A DNA stretch of 64,000 nucleotides from an uncultured Eubacteriales bacterium (GTDB taxonomy: Bacteria; Bacillota; Clostridia; Oscillospirales; Acutalibacteraceae), in the NCBI GenBank assembly GCA_934466515.1, contig CAKSLH010000003.1:228472-292471 (forward strand), given 5' to 3'. The notes under the pieces were generated by a model that did no database searches, had not been told where the DNA came from, and saw only the letters and a program-made list of their open reading frames with translations. This document shows, piece by piece, positions 38,011 to 46,753 of the stretch. Both the position numbers and the translations under genes were made by a program. Positions within the stretch are counted from its first letter, which is position 1, and every line of letters starts with the position of its first letter.

Positions 38011-39357
38011 ATGGCAAATTGGAATAGCGAGGAACAGGCAAGAGAACAGATAAAACAAATGGTTGCCGAGTATTATAAGGACTTTAAGACCAAAAAAGAA
38101 CCCTTTAAAGAGGGCGACAGAATAACCTATGCTGCACGTGTTTTTGATGAAAAGGAAATGTGCGCTCTTACCGACGCAACGCTTGATTTCTGGCTTACAA
38201 CCGGCAGATTTTCCGATGAGTTCGAGAAAAAATTTGCCGAATGGATAGGCGTTAAATATGCCCATCTTGTAAACAGCGGTTCTTCCGCAAACCTTATTGC
38301 TTTTTCCGTTCTAACCGCTCCGGAGCTTGGCGACAGAGCGATAAAGCGCGGAGACGAGGTTATAACCGTTGCCTGCGGCTTCCCCACCACCGTCACCCCG
38401 ATTTTGCAGTACGGCGCGGTTCCGGTTTTTGTCGATGTTACAATTCCTCAGTATAATATTGATTCTTCAATGCTTGAAAAGGCATTAAGCGATAAAACAA
38501 AGGCGGTTATGATTGCTCATACCTTGGGCAATCCGTTTGACCTTAAAACCGTCAAGGAATTCTGCGATAAGCATAATCTTTGGCTTGTCGAGGATAACTG
38601 CGACGCTTTGGGAAGTACCTACACTATTGACGGAGTTACTAAATTTACAGGAACTTGGGGAGACATCGGAACAAGCAGCTTTTATCCGCCTCATCACATG
38701 ACAATGGGCGAGGGCGGCTGTGTTTATACGAATAATCCTAAGCTTAACCGCCTCATTTTAAGCTACAGAGACTGGGGAAGAGACTGCATCTGTCCTTCGG
38801 GAAGAGATAACTTCTGCGGTCATAGGTATGACGGTCAGTACGGCGAGCTTCCTAAGGGCTATGACCATAAATATGTTTACAGCCATTTCGGATACAATCT
38901 TAAGGTTACCGATATGCAGGCGGCTGTCGGCTGCGAACAGCTTAAGAAATTCCCCGAATTTGTTAAGCGCAGAAAGCATAACTGGAGCAGACTTAAAAAT
39001 GCTTTAATGCCCGTCTCGGATAAGCTTATTCTTCCCGTTCCTGCCGAGAACAGCGACCCGAGCTGGTTCGGTTTCCTTATCACCTTAAAGGATGACAGCG
39101 GTCTTGACAGAGAAAAGGTTGTAAGATATATTGAAAGCAAGAATGTTCAGACAAGAATGCTTTTTTCGGGCAACCTTATAAAGCACCCCTGCTTTGACAG
39201 CATAAGAGGAACCGATGCTTACCGCGTTGCAGGCGAGCTTACCGCAACCGATAAAATCATGAAAAACACCTTCTGGGTAGGAGTTTACCCCGGAATGACC
39301 GATGAAATGATAGATTATATGGCAAAAACCATAATCGAGGCTGTAAATAATGGGTAA
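38011..39357 (+). CDS. rfbH: CDP-6-deoxy-L-threo-D-glycero-4-hexulose 3-dehydrase (E1, RfbH/DdhC)
   Basis: DegT-fold protein with His replacing the PLP-Lys (FYPPHHMTMGEGG) and a C-terminal Cys cluster (CICPSGRDNFCGH), typical of PMP/[2Fe-2S] E1. Confidence 0.8.
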   Translation: MANWNSEEQAREQIKQMVAEYYKDFKTKKEPFKEGDRITYAARVFDEKEMCALTDATLDFWLTTGRFSDEFEKKFAEWIGVKYAHLVNSGSSANLIAFSVLTAPELGDRAIKRGDEVITVACGFPTTVTPILQYGAVPVFVDVTIPQYNIDSSMLEKALSDKTKAVMIAHTLGNPFDLKTVKEFCDKHNLWLVEDNCDALGSTYTIDGVTKFTGTWGDIGTSSFYPPHHMTMGEGGCVYTNNPKLNRLILSYRDWGRDCICPSGRDNFCGHRYDGQYGELPKGYDHKYVYSHFGYNLKVTDMQAAVGCEQLKKFPEFVKRRKHNWSRLKNALMPVSDKLILPVPAENSDPSWFGFLITLKDDSGLDREKVVRYIESKNVQTRMLFSGNLIKHPCFDSIRGTDAYRVAGELTATDKIMKNTFWVGVYPGMTDEMIDYMAKTIIEAVNNG

Positions 39358-39862
39358 ATTAAAGGGCCTGCTGAGTAATAAAAAGCTTGCTCCGATTATC
39401 CAGTTTATAAAATTCGGACTTGTCGGCGTTTCAAATACCGCTATTTCTTACGGAATAGAAATGCTTTGCTTCTATGTGCTGTTTAAAAACGCCGAGTTTG
39501 GTTTAACCGTAAAGCTTCTTTCGCTTTTAAGCGTTAAAGCCTCGGTTAAATCGGTCAGAATTGTTTATACCTCAATACTTGCTTTTATAATAAGCGTTAC
39601 CAATTCTTATTATTGGAACAACCGATTTGTTTTTAAATCGGGGAATAAAAGGTTTAAGGACCATTTAAAGGCTTACCTTAAAACCGTTGTGTGCTACGGA
39701 ATAACGGGACTTGTTTTGTCACCGATTATTAAAGTGCTTTTAAGCAATGCGGGTGTGCCGTATTATATCGCAAGCTTAGGCTCGCTTGTTATAACAATTC
39801 CGCTTAATTTTGTGCTTAATAAATTCTGGGCATTTAATAATAAAAAGGAAGAAAATAAATGA
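39350..39862 (+). CDS. GtrA family membrane protein
   Basis: FIKFGLVGVSNTAISYGIEM signature. Four TM helices. Overlaps neighbours on both sides, so it is operonic. Confidence 0.75.
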   Translation: MGKLKGLLSNKKLAPIIQFIKFGLVGVSNTAISYGIEMLCFYVLFKNAEFGLTVKLLSLLSVKASVKSVRIVYTSILAFIISVTNSYYWNNRFVFKSGNKRFKDHLKAYLKTVVCYGITGLVLSPIIKVLLSNAGVPYYIASLGSLVITIPLNFVLNKFWAFNNKKEENK

Positions 39863-41700
39863 AAATAAGAATTGCAGACTATGTTGCGGATTTTTTGGCT
39901 GATAAGGGCGTTACCGATTGCTTCACCGTCGTCGGCGGAGGAGCAATGCATTTAAACGACGCTTTCGGCCACCATAAAAAAATCCACTGTACTTATAATC
40001 ATCATGAGCAGGCAAGCGCTATTGCAGCGGAAAGCTATGCGAGACTTAATAATAAAATCGCGGCACTTTGCGTAACAACAGGCCCAGGTGGAACAAATGC
40101 CATAACAGGCGTTGTCGGCGGATGGCTCGATTCAATTCCGATGTTTGTTATAAGCGGTCAGGTAAGATATGATACTACCGCAAGATATGCCATGCGGTTT
40201 ACCGACGGTTTGCCTCTTCGCGCAGTAGGCGATCAGGAATTCGATATCACAAAATCGGTTTCTTCGATGTGTAAGTATGCCGAAATGCTTGAAAAGCCCG
40301 AGGATATAAGATATATGCTTGAAAAGGCTTGGCACCTTGCAAATACCGGAAGAAAAGGTCCCGTTTGGCTTGATATTCCCGTAAATTATCAGGGCTGCTT
40401 TATTGAAACCGATAATCTTTCGGGCTATGACCCTGAAGAGGACGATAAATTGCTGCCGCCTAAGGTTAGCGATGAAACCGTAGATTTGATTTTGGAAAAA
40501 ATCAAGAAGGCGCAAAGACCTGTTATTTATGCCGGCGGCGGAATAAGACTTTCGGGAGGATATGAAGCCTTTAAGGCGGCTGTTGAAAAGCTCGGCGTTC
40601 CGGTTGTAACATATTGGAACAGCGTCGATGTCATTGAGGACGATAATCCCCTTTATTGCGGAAGAGGCGGAAACATGGGCGACAGACCCGGAAACTTCGC
40701 CGTTCAGAATTCCGATCTTTTGCTTGCAATAGGCACGAGACTGAGCTTAAGACAGGTCGGATATAGCTTTAAAACATGGGCGAGAGCCGCAGAGGTTATA
40801 ATGGTTGATGTGGATAGGGCGGAGTTTAAAAAGCCGACTATTCATGTAGATATGCCGCTCCTTGCGGATGCAAAGGATTTCCTTGAAGCTATAGTCCGCA
40901 AAACCGAGGATTTAAAAGCGCCCGTTTCGGATAAAGAGTCTTGGCGCGAAAAATGCCTTTATTGGAAAAAAACATATCCTGCAACTTTACCCAGACACTA
41001 TGAGGAAAACGGCAAAACCGCAAATGTTTTTGCTTTTATTAAGCACCTTTCCGATTCCTTACCCGCAGGCTCGCTTACAGCCGTAAGCAACGGCGCATGC
41101 TGTGTTGTCGGACATCAGAACTGGACTATAAAGAAGGACACTAGATTTATTATAAACAGTGCTATTGCCAGCATGGGCTACGGACTTCCTGCGGCAATCG
41201 GTCTTTGCATTGCGGGCGGTAAAAAGGATACGGTCTGCCTTGAGGGCGACGGAAGCATAATGATGAATTTGCAGGAGCTTCAGACTATTGTCACCAATAA
41301 ATTGCCTGTAAAGGTATTTTTAATAAACAATCAGGGCTATCACAGTATCAGAATAACCCAAAATAATCTGTTTAAGGACCATTGCAAGGTTGGAATAGGT
41401 CCCGAAAGCGGAGATCTTTCATTCCCCGATTTTAAGAAAATTGCGGGTGCTTTCGGTATGCCGTATTTCAGCGCTAAGAGTAATGAAGAAATGAAAAAAG
41501 CGGTCGAAGAGACTCTAAATACAGAGGGCTTTGCTTTCTGCGAAATATTTACGGATACCGTTCAGGTTTGGGAGCCTAAGAGCAGTACAAAGCGCTTGCC
41601 CGACGGAACACTTGTAAGTCCTCCTCTTGAGGACCTCGCTCCGTTCCTGCCGAGAGAAGAGCTTGAACAGCAGATGTTTATACCGCTTGTGGAAGAATAA
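39859..41700 (+). CDS. thiamine-pyrophosphate (TPP) dependent acetolactate-synthase-like enzyme (YerE-like candidate)
   Basis: Three-domain ALS/IlvB architecture. N-terminal TPP-pyrimidine domain and C-terminal GDG...NN TPP-binding motif (EGDGSIMMNLQELQT). Confidence 0.7.
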   Translation: MKIRIADYVADFLADKGVTDCFTVVGGGAMHLNDAFGHHKKIHCTYNHHEQASAIAAESYARLNNKIAALCVTTGPGGTNAITGVVGGWLDSIPMFVISGQVRYDTTARYAMRFTDGLPLRAVGDQEFDITKSVSSMCKYAEMLEKPEDIRYMLEKAWHLANTGRKGPVWLDIPVNYQGCFIETDNLSGYDPEEDDKLLPPKVSDETVDLILEKIKKAQRPVIYAGGGIRLSGGYEAFKAAVEKLGVPVVTYWNSVDVIEDDNPLYCGRGGNMGDRPGNFAVQNSDLLLAIGTRLSLRQVGYSFKTWARAAEVIMVDVDRAEFKKPTIHVDMPLLADAKDFLEAIVRKTEDLKAPVSDKESWREKCLYWKKTYPATLPRHYEENGKTANVFAFIKHLSDSLPAGSLTAVSNGACCVVGHQNWTIKKDTRFIINSAIASMGYGLPAAIGLCIAGGKKDTVCLEGDGSIMMNLQELQTIVTNKLPVKVFLINNQGYHSIRITQNNLFKDHCKVGIGPESGDLSFPDFKKIAGAFGMPYFSAKSNEEMKKAVEETLNTEGFAFCEIFTDTVQVWEPKSSTKRLPDGTLVSPPLEDLAPFLPREELEQQMFIPLVEE

Positions 41701-41716
41701 TTTTCGGGGTCAGAAA

Positions 41717-42772
41717 ATGAATAAAATTATACGTGAAGATTTAGAATATATATATAATTTTAAACCGAGCATGTGGGAAAAATTCCGTAATAAGACAGTT
41801 TTGGTAACAGGGGCTGCCGGAATGCTTCCGTCTTATATGGTCTTTATGCTTATTTATCTCAATGAAGTTGACAGCAATTTTAATGTCAGGATCGTTGCTT
41901 TGGCAAGAAGCAAAGAAAAGCTTGAGAAAAGATTCGGAGAATATATAAATAAGGATTATTTTGAATGTTACATTGCTGACGTTTGTTCGAAAATATCGTA
42001 TGAGGGACAGATTAATTATATTATTCACGGCGCAAGTCCGGCGAGTTCTCAATATTACAGTACCAATCCTGTCGGGGTTTTAATGCCTAATGTTTTGGGA
42101 ACTTATTATACTTTGGAATTGGCTCGCAAAAAGAATACAGACGGATATCTTTATTTCAGCAGCGGCGAGGTATACGGTAAAATTTCAAAAGAGCAGATAT
42201 TCGAAGAGGATGACGGGTATATGAATCCTGCTGATGTAAGAAGCTGCTACGGCGAAGGCAAGCGTGTCGGCGAGACTATGTGTAAATGCTATTCTCATCA
42301 GTATAATATTTCAACCTGCATGGTTCGTCCCTCACACACATACGGACCTACGATGGACATAAATAATGACAACCGTGTTTTTGCTGAATTTGTCGGAAAT
42401 ATTGTCAGAAATGAAAATATAGCCATAAAAAGCGACGGTTTAGCATCAAGAAACTTTTGTTATATAGCTGATGCGACCTTAGCATATTTTCTCATTCTTT
42501 TATCAGGCGGTATGGGTGAAGCCTATAATGTAGCGAATGAAAACGGAAAAAGTACTATACGCAATTTAGCTGAAACCTTGTGTGATTTATTTCCTGAAAA
42601 GAATTTAAGTGTTTCTTACGAAAAGCATGACAAGGATTATCTTGAAAATGCTCATAAGATTCATCCTGTTCAAAATACGGATAAGCTAAAAAAATTGGGA
42701 TGGGCTCCGCATTTCGGAATAAAAGATGGATTTAAAAGAACTGTTGAAAGCTTTTGTATAGGGGAAAATTAA
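41717..42772 (+). CDS. NAD-dependent epimerase/dehydratase family (extended SDR) protein
   Basis: VLVTGAAGMLPS Rossmann motif and YxxxK (YGEGK). Confidence 0.75.
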   Translation: MNKIIREDLEYIYNFKPSMWEKFRNKTVLVTGAAGMLPSYMVFMLIYLNEVDSNFNVRIVALARSKEKLEKRFGEYINKDYFECYIADVCSKISYEGQINYIIHGASPASSQYYSTNPVGVLMPNVLGTYYTLELARKKNTDGYLYFSSGEVYGKISKEQIFEEDDGYMNPADVRSCYGEGKRVGETMCKCYSHQYNISTCMVRPSHTYGPTMDINNDNRVFAEFVGNIVRNENIAIKSDGLASRNFCYIADATLAYFLILLSGGMGEAYNVANENGKSTIRNLAETLCDLFPEKNLSVSYEKHDKDYLENAHKIHPVQNTDKLKKLGWAPHFGIKDGFKRTVESFCIGEN

Positions 42773-43711
42773 ATGAAAAAAATCAGTGTTGTTGTTCCGA
42801 CTTATAATGAATCAGGCAATATTCTGCCGATGAGCGATAAGATAAAAGAAATATTTGAAAAAGATCTTCCGCAGTATGATTATGAATTGATTTTTATTGA
42901 TAATTTTTCAAAGGATAATACCCGTGCGGAAATAACAGCGGCTTGTCAGCAAAATAAAAAAGTCAAGGCTATTTTTAACGCTAAAAACTTCGGATGGATG
43001 AGATCGCCTTTTTACGGCATTCAACAGTCAACCGGAGATTGCACCGTTCTTATGTGTGCGGATTTTCAGGAACCGCCTGAAATGATTCCGAAATTTGTTA
43101 AAGAATGGGAAAACGGATACAGAATAGTTGTAGGCATTAAAACTACAAGTAAAGAAAGTAAATTAAAATATTGGATTAGAAGCTGCTATTATAAAATGAT
43201 GATAAAAATGTCCGATGTTGAGCAAATCGAGCATTTTACCGGTTTCGGACTTTATGACAAGAGCTTTGTTGAGGTTATGCGTGAACTCAAAGATCCTATG
43301 CCTTATATTAGAGGAGTGGTTTCAGAGCTTGGATTTGAACGCAAGGAAATTCCTTACGCTCAACAGGAAAGAAAGAACGGAAAAAGCAAGGGCAGCTTTT
43401 ATGCGCTTTATGATACAGCTATGTTAGGTATAACTTCTTATACAAAGTACGGCTTAAGGGCTGCGACGATGTTAGGTTTTGTTCTTTCTGCCCTCAGCAT
43501 GCTCGTTGCGGTAATATATTTGGTTTTGAAACTCATTTATTGGGAAAAGTTTGCTATGGGAACAGCTCCGATTTTAATAGGTGTTTTCCTTATGGGCTCA
43601 TTACAGCTCTTTTTCATAGGTCTCTTAGGTGAATATATTCTTAATATAAACACACGTGTAATGAACAGACCTCTTGTTGTGGAAGAAAAAAGAATAAATT
43701 TTGATGAATAA
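42773..43711 (+). CDS. GT2 polyprenyl-phosphate glycosyltransferase (GtrB/DPM1-like)
   Basis: ISVVVPTYNESGNI...FIDNFSKDNT GT2 signature and two C-terminal TM helices. Confidence 0.8.
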   Translation: MKKISVVVPTYNESGNILPMSDKIKEIFEKDLPQYDYELIFIDNFSKDNTRAEITAACQQNKKVKAIFNAKNFGWMRSPFYGIQQSTGDCTVLMCADFQEPPEMIPKFVKEWENGYRIVVGIKTTSKESKLKYWIRSCYYKMMIKMSDVEQIEHFTGFGLYDKSFVEVMRELKDPMPYIRGVVSELGFERKEIPYAQQERKNGKSKGSFYALYDTAMLGITSYTKYGLRAATMLGFVLSALSMLVAVIYLVLKLIYWEKFAMGTAPILIGVFLMGSLQLFFIGLLGEYILNINTRVMNRPLVVEEKRINFDE

Positions 43712-43741
43712 AAAAATCGACCCTGAAAAAGGGTCGATTTT

Positions 43742-44554
43742 TTAGAGCTTTAATATTCTTTTTGCATTTTCGCTTAAAATCATTTTCTGTTCATTTTCGC
43801 TTAAGTTCAGATTTAAAAATAATTTTAATTCGTTTTCGGGGTCGTTCATCGGGTAGTCTGTTCCGAAAAGCACTCTGTCGGCACCGTATCTTAAAATAAT
43901 CTCTTTTGCCTTTTTAGGTGTAAGAAAAGCGAGACTTGATGAGCAGTCAACATAGAAATTGTTAAGCTTATTTGAGGAGCAGATTTCTTTGCTTGCTTCG
44001 TCCCAAATCGTATATCCGCCGAAATGCGCTCCGATAACAGTTAGCTTTGAATAAATCTCAAGGATAGGAATAAGCCGGTTCGGGTTTGAAAAATCATATC
44101 TTTTGTCGCCCGTGTGCATTAAAATCGGCAGTCCGTATTCCTCGCAAAGCTCGTAAATTTTAAGGCACCTGTAATCATCAATTTTAAAGCCCTGAATATC
44201 GGGGTGGAGCTTTATTCCCTTTAAGCCCAATTCTTTTAAATGCCTTAGATCTCCCCTGATATCGCCCGAATCGGGATGAAGAGTTCCGAACCCTGTAAGA
44301 ATATCAGGGTGCAATGAAACCTCTCTTGCTATAAACTCATTTATGCTTTTAACCTGATGCGGAGTTGTCGCGACCGACTGAACAATACAGCGGTCAATTC
44401 CGCATTTTTCACATTTTTGAATAAGCTGATTAACCGTGCCGGAGCAAGCAGGCTTGCCGCCGTAAAAAGCGCCTGTTGCGTTGGCGGCTTTTTCGGCAAG
44501 CATATCAGGATAAATGTGACAGTGCGCGTCGATAACGGTTTTCTGATTTACCAT
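43742..44554 (-). CDS. amidohydrolase family (TIM-barrel metal-dependent hydrolase)
   Basis: N-terminal DAHCHIYP motif. 270 aa. Confidence 0.7.
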   Translation of the reverse strand: MVNQKTVIDAHCHIYPDMLAEKAANATGAFYGGKPACSGTVNQLIQKCEKCGIDRCIVQSVATTPHQVKSINEFIAREVSLHPDILTGFGTLHPDSGDIRGDLRHLKELGLKGIKLHPDIQGFKIDDYRCLKIYELCEEYGLPILMHTGDKRYDFSNPNRLIPILEIYSKLTVIGAHFGGYTIWDEASKEICSSNKLNNFYVDCSSSLAFLTPKKAKEIILRYGADRVLFGTDYPMNDPENELKLFLNLNLSENEQKMILSENAKRILKL

Positions 44555-45618
44555 TATTTTATCGGATAGGTCCAGCCGTATTTATCTTCGGTTCTGCCCC
44601 ACTGTAATCCTGTAAGGACATCATAAAGGTGCTTTGTAACCTCGCCGATTTTTCCTTCGCTTACTGTAAACTTCTCGTCATTATAACAAAGCTCGCCGAT
44701 AGGTGAAACAACAGCCGCCGTACCCGTGCCCCAAGCCTCTTCTAATTTTCCGCTTCTTGCGGCGTCCATAAGCTCGTCAACGGATAAAAGCCTTTCTTCG
44801 ACCGTATATCCCTCGTCCTTTAAAATCTCAATGCAGGATTTTCTTGTAATTCCGGGGAGAATTGAGCCTGTAAGTGCAGGGGTGACTATTTTGCCGTCGA
44901 TTTTAAACATTACGTTCATCGCGCCTACCTCTTCGATGTACTTTCTTTCAACACCGTCAAGCCATAAAACCTGAGAATATCCCTTTTTCTCCGCAAGCAT
45001 TCCCGCGCGGTTGCTTGCGGCATAGTTTCCGCCGCATTTTGCCTCTCCGGTTCCGCCTCTTACTGCTCTTACATCCTTTGATTCAATCATTATTTTAACG
45101 GGATTGAGTCCCTCTGCATAGTAGCTTCCTACGGGCGACGCTATAATAACAAAGGTTGCGTTTTTAACCGCATGAACACCTAAGCTTTCGTCATTTCCGA
45201 ACATAAACGGGCGGAGATAAAGCGAGGTTCCTTTCTCGCTCGGAGTCCAGTCCTTGTCGACTGAAACAAATGTTGTAAGCGCTTTTAAACCGTCTTCTTC
45301 GGGAATCTGCGGAAGACACATTCTTTCTGCCGAGCGGTTAAGCCTTTTAATGTTTTCAAGCGGTCTGAAAAGCTGAACGCTTCCGTCCGCCTTGCGGTAA
45401 GCCTTAAGACCCTCAAAAATCTCGACGCCGTAATGGAAAACGGTTGACGCAGGGTGTACAGAGAGGTTTTCAAAGGGAACTATTCTGGCATTGTGCCAGC
45501 CGAGGCCGTTTGAATATTCCATAATAAACATATGGTCTGTAAAATATTTGCCGAAGCCTAAATTTTTTGAATCCGGCTTTTGTTTAGGCGAAGATGTTTT
45601 AACAATTTTGATTTCCAT
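44554..45618 (-). CDS. ilvE: branched-chain amino acid aminotransferase
   Basis: Class IV aminotransferase, 354 aa, GFGKYFTDHMF N-terminus. Confidence 0.88.
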   Translation of the reverse strand: MEIKIVKTSSPKQKPDSKNLGFGKYFTDHMFIMEYSNGLGWHNARIVPFENLSVHPASTVFHYGVEIFEGLKAYRKADGSVQLFRPLENIKRLNRSAERMCLPQIPEEDGLKALTTFVSVDKDWTPSEKGTSLYLRPFMFGNDESLGVHAVKNATFVIIASPVGSYYAEGLNPVKIMIESKDVRAVRGGTGEAKCGGNYAASNRAGMLAEKKGYSQVLWLDGVERKYIEEVGAMNVMFKIDGKIVTPALTGSILPGITRKSCIEILKDEGYTVEERLLSVDELMDAARSGKLEEAWGTGTAAVVSPIGELCYNDEKFTVSEGKIGEVTKHLYDVLTGLQWGRTEDKYGWTYPIK

Positions 45619-45668
45619 AAAGATTTTCCTTTCTTAGGCGGGTTCTGTCAAACTGCACACCGAAACGC

Positions 45669-45698
45669 AAAAAACCGCCTCAAATTTCTTTGAGACGG
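45669..45698 (-). terminator. intrinsic terminator inside ilvE leader (attenuator)
   Basis: Minus strand ccgtctcaaa-gaaa-tttgaggcgg followed by a six-T run, 50 nt upstream of the ilvE ATG. Confidence 0.6.
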
Positions 45699-45903
45699 GT
45701 GAAAATCATCCGCAGTGCGACTCAAAACAGGCTCGGTTTTTAGCTTTTCCCTTTTTGCCTTTGGCGTTCACGCAGCATTTACGGGAAGCTTTTAAGCTTC
45801 CGGCTCCGAAGATAAAACAACCTGTCTGACGGCTCGCACCGAACGCCGCCTCTCTGATAAAAGCCTTTTATCTTCATCATAGCTTTTATAAATTTATGAG
45901 CAT

Positions 45904-45932
45904 ATTATAGTACTCATATTTTGATTTGTCAA
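45904..45932 (-). promoter_or_regulatory. consensus promoter for ilvE leader
   Basis: Minus strand TTGACA - 17 nt - TATAAT. Confidence 0.7.
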
Positions 45933-46067
45933 TCTTTTTTAAAAATAAAAATTTTTCTTAAGACTGATTTAATGCTTCTAAAACCCCCGTTTAGGGCAAG
46001 GGAGGCTTAAATACCACACATACTGGATACTAGACACTAGACGGTAGATGTTAGAGAATACCCCTCA

Positions 46068-46235
46068 GTCACCTTGCGGTGACAGCTCCCCTCTGTTTTT
46101 CGGTTACACCGAAAAAAGAAGGGAGCCTTTTCTTTAGTCTCAGCTGAAACTCAAGCTTCCCCTTTAGTCGAAAGGGGAAGTGTCAAGGCGTAGCCCTTGA
46201 CGATAGGGTTTGGTTATATCAGTGCCAAAAGGCAC
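46068..46235. other. array of five perfect stem-loops, candidate structured ncRNA of unknown class
   Basis: Perfect stem-loops at 46068-46083, 46096-46116 (enclosed by a gctccc/gggagc stem), 46156-46180, 46182-46201 and 46222-46235. The region is GC-richer than its flanks. Confidence 0.35.
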
Positions 46236-46294
46236 ACACTTGTTTAATATTAAATATCAAATATCCGCGAAGATTTAATTTGTTTTAATTTTTC

Positions 46295-46323
46295 TTGAAA
46301 TATATATTTTTATGTGATATTAT
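46295..46323 (+). promoter_or_regulatory. promoter of zinc-ribbon/TM2 gene
   Basis: TTGAAA - 17 nt - TATTAT. Confidence 0.55.
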
Positions 46324-46351
46324 AAAAATATACTTGTATGGGAGTGATTTT

Positions 46352-46753
46352 ATGTTCTGTAAAAATTGCGGAAATGAAATGGATCAAAATGCCGCTGTAT
46401 GCGTTAAATGCGGATACGGTAAGGGAAAAGGAAATAAATTCTGCCCCAACTGCGGAAGCGAGCTTGAGCCTAACGCTCAGTTTTGCGTAAAATGCGGAGT
46501 TTCGGTTGCGCCCGAGCAGCAAATAAACCCTCTTAATCAGAAATCGAAAATCGCCGCGGGTCTGCTCGGAATTTTCTTGGGCGGATTTGGAATACATAAT
46601 TTTTATTTGGGATATACCGGTAAAGCCGTAGGTCAGCTTGTGCTTACAATCTGCTCCTGCGGAATAGGCGGAATTTGGGGCTTTATCGAGGGCATTCTCA
46701 TTCTTTGCGGAAATATAAATACCGACGCAAACGGCGTTCCGCTTAAAGACTGA
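46352..46753 (+). CDS. zinc-ribbon + TM2 domain protein
   Basis: Two CxxC...CxxC zinc ribbons followed by a TM2 domain (LGIFLGGFGIHNFYLGY). RBS gggagtg before ATG 46352. Confidence 0.7.
   Translation: MFCKNCGNEMDQNAAVCVKCGYGKGKGNKFCPNCGSELEPNAQFCVKCGVSVAPEQQINPLNQKSKIAAGLLGIFLGGFGIHNFYLGYTGKAVGQLVLTICSCGIGGIWGFIEGILILCGNINTDANGVPLKD

Noticed and set aside
45619-45897. T-box riboswitch call for the ilvE leader
   Set aside because: The architecture fits: promoter, ~280-nt leader, terminator 50 nt from the start. However, the conserved T-box antiterminator motif could not be located by eye on either strand, so only 'candidate attenuator of unknown class' is reported.
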